Assembly (NCBI RefSeq): GCF_006345805.1
Contig: NW_021833908.1
Coordinates: 1-53,334 of the forward strand
DNA from: Octopus sinensis
Taxonomy: Eukaryota
DNA length: 53,334 nucleotides
Direction of reading: 5' to 3'
The position numbers and the translations under genes were made by a program. Shown one piece after another: positions 47,741 to 53,334 of the stretch. Every line of letters begins with the position of its first letter. The stretch's first letter is position 1. A model generated the notes under the pieces. The model saw only the letters and a program-made list of their open reading frames with translations, had not been told where the DNA came from and did not search any database.

Positions 47741-47907
47741 GAGGTAAAAAATATATAACCATATAGACACTTATCTGAGATAAAAAAAACATATTTGGAC
47801 TCGAACCACCGGTCTAAATTTTCCGGGTAGTTATGCGATAATTCTTTTTGTTTTTTGGGTTTTTTTTTTACGATACATCGAGTTTTCGCCCTTTTTTAGG
47901 TAAAATT

Positions 47908-48391
47908 GTGGAGATGCATGGCTTAGTGGTTACGGTGTTTGTCTCATGACCATAAGATTGTGGTTTTGATTCCTAGACAGGGCAGTGCATTATGTTCTTG
48001 AGCAAAACACTTCATTCCATGTTGCTCCAGTCCACTCAGCTAATGGTTAGGATGTTGCACTCATGACTTCTAGATTGTGGTTTCAATTCCTGGACCGGGC
48101 AATACATTGTATTTTTGAGCAAAACACTTCATTTCATGTTGATCCAGTCCACTCAGCTAATGGTTAGGATGTTGCACTCATTACTTCTAGATTGTGGTTT
48201 CAAATCCTGGACTGGGCAGTGCATTGCATTCTTGAGCAAAACACTTCATTTCATGTTGATCCAGTCTACTCAGCTAATGGTTAGGATGTTGCACTCATGA
48301 CTTCTAGATTGTGGTTTCAATTCCTGGACCGGGCAGTACATTGTGTTCTTGAGCAAAACACTTCATTTCATGTTGATCCAGTCCATTCAGC
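47908..48391 (+). repeat. four tandem 117-bp units derived from a family 3 SINE head and core
   Basis: taatggttagg starts at 48041, 48158 and 48275. The first unit keeps the SINE start gtggagatgcatggcttagtgg. A decayed SINE tail follows the array. Confidence 0.9.
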
Positions 48392-48679
48392 TGGTATAAA
48401 ACAAATAATCCTGTGACGGATTAACGTCCAATCCAGGAAGGAATATATGCGGTAGTTAACCAGAAAATCAACCCTATGCCCCTTATGGAGTGATATGGAC
48501 TAACCTTTAGCTAAAATTTGATTGCTCAATTTCCATGATCATGGATATTTCGCAGGCCAGGTTACTTCATCTGTGCCTTTCCAATTTCAGTTTTGTGCTT
48601 ATTTAGTGCATATTGAAGACGGATTAAAAAATGAAGAACCCCGCCCCCCCCAAAAAAAAAAATTAATATATTATAGTCG

Positions 48680-49125
48680 TGTGTGGTAAGAGGTTTGCAT
48701 TGCAATGACATGGTTCTGGGTTCAGGTTCATTGTCAGGTAGATATGGCAAGTGTATTCAATCATAGCGTCGGTTCGATCAAATCCTTGTGAGTGGATTTG
48801 GTAGACGGAAACTGAAAGAAGTCCGTAGTAATATGTGTGTGTGTGAGTGTGTGTGCGTGCGCGAGTGTATGTGAGAGTACGTGTGTGTGTGTGTATAAGT
48901 GCGTGAGTGTATGAGTGTGTTTGTGTGTGTGTGTGCATTTGTGTGTGTGTCTGCTTCTGTCTGTATTTACGGCCACATAACTTAACGGTTCAGCAAAAAA
49001 CACCGAGAGAATAAGTACCTGGCTTTTTAAAAAAGATAACTACTGGGAGTCATTTCATTTCACTAAAAATTCTTCAAGCCGGTGCCCCAGCATGGCCACG
49101 GTGTAATGACCGAGGCAACTAAAAG
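48680..49125 (+). mobile_element. SINE family 1, diverged
   Basis: ccttgtgagtggatttggtagacggaaactgaaagaag-ccgt...cggtgccccagcatggccac. Confidence 0.75.
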
Positions 49126-49319
49126 ATACAAGATATTATCAATACATACAAAACGCCTTAATCATTAAATACATTACATCCATCATATTCTTGGGTTTAT
49201 TTCCCACCAAGGGCATAGAATCAATATGTTATCATTTGCTATGATGGGTATTAGTAAACATAGCCTCCTCTCCGAACGACTGATGAACTGTGCATGAAGT
49301 GTGTGAGACACTACAGGAG

Positions 49320-49456
49320 ATGTAACCTACTTGAAATGACTATAAACACAAGCACATACACATACACACATACATGTATCTATATGTGTGTGTATACACA
49401 CACACACATATAAATATATATATACATATAATTAGTTATATAAAGGCATACATACA

Positions 49457-49517
<61 letters not shown>

Positions 49518-49972
49518 ATATTATAGATAATATATAATAAATATATATATATGTGTGTGTATATATATATATATATATGTATATGTGGGTATGTAGGTTA
49601 TACGTATGTGCATGTGTATATGTATATGTATATGTATGTGTATGTGTATGTATGTACATATATATGTGTGTGTGTGTATATGTGTGTATATGTATGTATA
49701 TATGTATATATATATATGTGTGTATGTGTAGGTGTGGGTATATATATGTGTGTGTGTGTATGTATGTATATACATATATATATATATATATATGTGTGTA
49801 TGTGTGTGTATGTATATATATGTATGTGTGTGTATGTGTATATATATATATATATAATATTATATATATATATATATGTGAATATGCGTGTGTATGTGTA
49901 CATATGTGTATGTGTGTATAGATATATGTGGTATGTATGTGTATATGTGTGGTATATATAATATAATATATA

Positions 49973-50018
<46 letters not shown>

Positions 50019-50064
50019 TTATGTATATTATATATATATAAGTATATGTATATATATGTATATC
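49320..50064. repeat. compound (TA/TG/TATG)n microsatellite field
   Basis: Low-complexity dinucleotide repeats. Confidence 0.95.
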
Positions 50065-50232
50065 ATTATGCTGCATTTATTTCTAAATGCTGTATTTCTT
50101 TTCCGTGAAAGTTTGGCGCGCTGTTAGTTGGGGCATTTGAATTATAACGTCGGATGTAATCAATTGAACCACACGCGTATTTATCGTTATGGTAAAATCT
50201 GGCGTGTGATTGAGTGGATTTCATCCAGATAG

Positions 50233-50315
50233 TTTTGGCTGACGAGCTACAAGTGGATTTTTTTGTAAGTAAAATTACATTAATTAATTCATAATAGCGA
50301 AACAATGTCCCAAAA
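50233..50315 (+). ncRNA. type I hammerhead ribozyme, unit 1
   Basis: TTTTGG-CTGACGA-GCTA...TAGC-GAAAC-AAT-GTC-CCAAAA. Predicted cut after 50309. Confidence 0.8.
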
Positions 50316-50767
50316 TAATCTGTATTTTTGTTATTTTTTATTTGCCCTGTCCGTGTGAGCTAACAATCGTACTGACTTTCATGGGAAACATGTATTTTTG
50401 TGGTTGAAACCTTTTGGATTAACTGGTGCTAGAGTGAGCCATATAGTGACCACTCTCTTATATTTATTTTGTAAAATATTGTAATATATTATAAAATATT
50501 ATAATAATCCAGGTTTCTCGGAGCACTAGGCCACTTGGTGTTGAATAGATATACTATTAAATTAGTATCTAATTCTCTCACCCTTATTAATTAATTATAA
50601 TTATGCTGCATTTATTTCTAAATGCTGTATTTCTTTTCCGTGAAAGTTTGGCGCGCTGTTAGTTGGGGCATTTGAATTATAACGTCGGATGTAATCAATT
50701 GAACCACACGCGTATTTATCGTTATGGTAAAATCTGGCGTGTGATTGAGTGGATTTCATCCAGATAG

Positions 50768-50849
50768 TTTTGGCTGACGAGCTACAAGTGGATTTTTTTG
50801 TAAGTAAAATTACATTTAATTCATTAATAGCGAAACAATTGTCCCAAAA
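50768..50849 (+). ncRNA. type I hammerhead ribozyme, unit 2
   Basis: TTTTGG-CTGACGA-GCTA...TAGC-GAAAC-AATT-GTC-CCAAAA. Predicted cut after 50843. Confidence 0.85.
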
Positions 50850-51299
50850 TAATCTGTATTTTTGTTATTTTTTATTTGCCCTGTCCGTGTGAGCTAACAA
50901 TCGTACTGACTTTCATGGGAAACATGTATTTTTGTGGTTGAAACCTTTTGGATTAACTGGTGCTAGAGTGAGCCATATAGTGACCACTCTCTTATATTTA
51001 TTTTGTAAAAATATTGTAATATATTATAAAATATTATAATAATCCAGGTTTCTCGGAGCACTAGGCCACTTGGTGTTGAATAGATATACTAAAATTAGTA
51101 TCTAATTCTCTCACCCTTATTAATTAATTATAATTATGCTGCATTATTTCTAAATGCTGTATTTCTTTTCCGTGAAAGTTTGGCGCGCTGTTAGTTGGGG
51201 CATTTGAATTATAACGTCGGATGTAATCAATTGAACCACACGCGTATTTATCGTTATGGTAAAATCTGGCGTGTGATTGAGTGGATTTCATCCAGATAG

Positions 51300-51381
51300 T
51301 TTTGGCTGACGAGCTACAAGTGGATTTTTTCATAAGTAAAATTACATTTAATTCATTAATAGCGAAACAATTGTCCCAAAA
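51300..51381 (+). ncRNA. type I hammerhead ribozyme, unit 3
   Basis: Same motif as unit 2. Predicted cut after 51375. Confidence 0.85.
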
Positions 51382-51660
51382 TAATCTGTATTTTTGTTAT
51401 TTTTTATTTGCCCTGTCCGTGTGAGCTAACAATCGTACTGACTTTCATGGGAAACATGTATTTTTGTGGTTGAAACCTTTTGGATTAACTGGTGCTAGAG
51501 TGAGCCATATAGTGACCACTCTCTTTATTTATTTTGTAAAAAATTGTAATATTATAAAATATTATATTAATCCAGGTTTCTCGGAGCACTAGGCCACTTG
51601 GTGTGAATAGATATACTTTAAATTAGTATCTAATTCTCTCACCCTTATTAATTAATTATA

Positions 51661-52011
51661 TGTATATATATATATATATATGTATATGTATATATATATA
51701 TATGTGTGTGTAAGTGTGTGTATATATGTATATGTAAGTGTGTGAGTGTGTATGAGTATGTATGTATGTTTGCACACATGTATTTGTATATATATATGTG
51801 TATGTATGTATGTATGTGTATATATATGTGTGTATGTATGTGTGTATGTATATGTATGTGTATATGTGTGTATATATACTATATATATCTATATATATGT
51901 GTTGTGTTGTGTATGTGTATGTGTGTGTATGTATATGTATGTATATATGTGTGTATGTGTGTATATGTTATTATATGTATATATATGTATATATATATGT
52001 GTATATATATG

Positions 52012-52048
<37 letters not shown>

Positions 52049-52585
52049 GTATATGTGCGTGTATGTATGTGTATGTATGTATATATGCGTGGGTATGTGT
52101 ATGTGTATATGTACATATACGTGTACGCTCGTGTGTTTAGGTATATGTAGGTACGTAGAGTTATGATGTATGTATGTATTTGTATGTAGGTGTATATGTA
52201 TGTGTGTATATATATTTATTGGTGTATATGATAGACTAGTCTTCTAAGATTGTAGACATGAATCTGTAGGTACGCGTACGTATGTGTAATAGTGTATGTA
52301 TGTAGATGTATGTATGTATGAATATAACGCGTGCGCGCGTGTATGTGTATGAGTGTACGAATGAGTGAGTGTGCGTGCTAACGAGTGTGCGTGCGTGAGT
52401 GAGTGCTTGTGCTCAAGTAGAAAGATAAAAGGGACTGGTTGTCGTAGCCAAGATGTTTGTGACCAGCGGTCAAAGATAACAAAAGTAATAAATGAAGATA
52501 AAAAATTAAAATTAGGGAATGGGTTTGTATTTGTATGTGTATATGTGTGTATGTGTAGGTATGAATAGGTACACATATGTATGTG

Positions 52586-52659
<74 letters not shown>

Positions 52660-53040
52660 TGTGTATAAGTACATATGAGTATAGGGACTTGTGTGTTGTG
52701 TGTGCATGTGTGTATGTGGATATATATGTGTGTGTATGTGTGTATATGTATGTGTGTGTATGTATATATTTTTTTTGTGTATATGTGTATGTGTGGTCGT
52801 GTGTGTGTGTGTATATATACATGTGTGTGTGTATATGTATGTGCATGTATATGTGTATGTATATATAGATATATATATATACATATATATATGTATATAT
52901 ATATGTGTGTGTAGATATATGTATGTATATGTATGTGTGTGTGTATATATATATATATATATGGGTGTGTGTGTATGTATGTGAGTATGTATATGTGTGT
53001 GTGTGTGTGTATATATGTATACATATGTGTATAGGTATAA
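51661..53040. repeat. compound (TA/TG)n microsatellite field
   Basis: Low-complexity sequence. Confidence 0.9.
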
Positions 53041-53119
53041 GTGAGATTTTCCTTATTTACCTAAAACTCTATTCCTCTATATATTTTTTTATTCTCCCTT
53101 TTTTTATTCTTTTATTTAT

Positions 53120-53322
53120 TCTTCTATCTAATTTACCACTGACTCCTTGACCACTCCCGCAAGTATGATTTTTTTGCGCTTATGCCTACCCCCAAAAAAG
53201 TCCCCACCACCACCCCTTTAAACTGCCTAAATGTATAAATGCCAATACACTTCTTGCTAACTAGCTCCTGAGATTTCTCTTGAATGAAACAGTTCTAGTC
53301 CTGTAGAAGCTCCTTCTATATA
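53120..53322 (+). mobile_element. second copy of the 3361-3560 HHR repeat, with a damaged core
   Basis: agctc-ctgaga-tttctcttgaat-gaaacag-ttctagtc-ctgta-gaagct (53263-53311) lacks one stem I base and one core base. Confidence 0.7.
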
Positions 53323-53334
53323 ATAAATTAACTT

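Larger units (their letters stand above)
50065..51660 (+). repeat. three tandem ~533-bp non-coding units, each with a hammerhead ribozyme (retrozyme-like)
   Basis: attatgctgc starts at 50065, 50600 and 51133. The units are near-identical and have no long ORF. Confidence 0.95.

Noticed and set aside
47908-48391. Regular array resembling CRISPR
   Set aside because: There are no unique spacers, the units are whole SINE-derived repeats, and the context is eukaryotic.
49280-49315. CTGATGA...GAGAC motif
   Set aside because: The GAAA core is broken and the stems do not pair.

Overview
AT-rich, microsatellite-dense eukaryotic DNA. Its SINE and repeat content resembles an octopus/cephalopod genome (inferred from the repeats, not proven). 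No host protein-coding gene is recognisable. The window is almost all mobile DNA: many tRNA-derived SINEs, a decayed maT/mariner, MITEs, non-autonomous Helitrons (including a head-to-tail array), an RTE LINE fragment, an R4/Dong-like fragment inside (TAA)n, and a full-length Tx1-clade LINE (20462-26317, minus strand) inside (GATA)n. Two less obvious layers stand out. (1) Several unrelated type I hammerhead-ribozyme (HHR) repeat families. These include a 3 x ~533-bp non-coding tandem array with one canonical HHR per unit (retrozyme/circRNA-like), a ~375-bp HHR repeat, and a 1.4-kb palindrome with an HHR in each arm. (2) Three ORF1-only (gag-like, CCHC) Tx1-related elements with no ORF2. They share a 3' motif with the autonomous Tx1 elements. 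Two of them sit head-to-tail at one 9-bp target about 60 nt upstream of an HHR cleavage site. Coordinates and alignments were read by eye, so boundaries are approximate, especially for SINEs.
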